The position numbers were made by a program, and so were the translations under genes. The notes beneath the pieces were generated by a model. That model was not told the DNA's origin and searched no databases. It saw only the letters and a program-made list of their open reading frames with translations. DNA of 64,000 nucleotides, from contig CAUYUJ010000047.1 of the NCBI GenBank assembly GCA_963575745.1, positions 1 through 64,000 of the forward strand. The letters are read 5' to 3'. Source of the stretch: Prorocentrum cordatum. Lineage: Eukaryota. This document shows, piece after piece, positions 63,876 through 64,000 of this stretch. Each line of letters opens with the position of its first letter. Position 1 is the stretch's first letter.

Positions 63876-64000
63876 TCAGGAGGAAAAGAAACACACAGAC
63901 ACAATTAATCCTGGATTCCCCAGAAAATATGGGAAAATATGGGAAGTGGGCGGGAAGACAGAAACCCAGAAAATATGGGGAAATATGGGGCACATTTCTA
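63876..64000 (+). mobile_element. MITE-like family B, copy 4 (cut by window end), inserted in a family D repeat
   Basis: TCAGGAGGAAAAGAAACACACAGACACAATT... start and the same internal repeats as the other copies. Confidence 0.85.

Overview
Eukaryotic, GC-rich, extremely repeat-dense DNA, almost certainly from a dinoflagellate. The evidence is a near-perfect dinoflagellate spliced-leader (SL) relic at 35195-35216 and candidate exons with GC/GA splice donors; a Prorocentrum-like genome is my inference, not a database result. Most of the window is trinucleotide microsatellite (GAG/CCT, TAC, CAT/GAT, GAC), minisatellites and more than a dozen families of short TIR elements, several with visible target-site duplications. 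Nearly all long ORFs in the track are low-complexity artefacts. The only recognisable protein-coding block is a decayed 8.25-kb retroelement unit (35195-43449, + strand) lying between two (CCT)n tracts. It reads: tandem SL relics, LINE-type ORF1 (RanBP2-like Zn finger plus coiled coil), APE endonuclease, then an abrupt switch to a Ty1/Copia-type region with Zn-finger modules, a C5 cytosine-methyltransferase-like domain, integrase, RT, RNase H and a probable 3' LTR that carries another SL-like motif. Decay of conserved codons in this unit is repeatedly TpG/CpA->CpG, the reverse of the usual methyl-CpG decay. A few short + strand coiled-coil exon candidates suggest that a long-intron host gene may span much of the window. 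There is one 100-N scaffold gap. I saw no rRNA, tRNA or CRISPR array.
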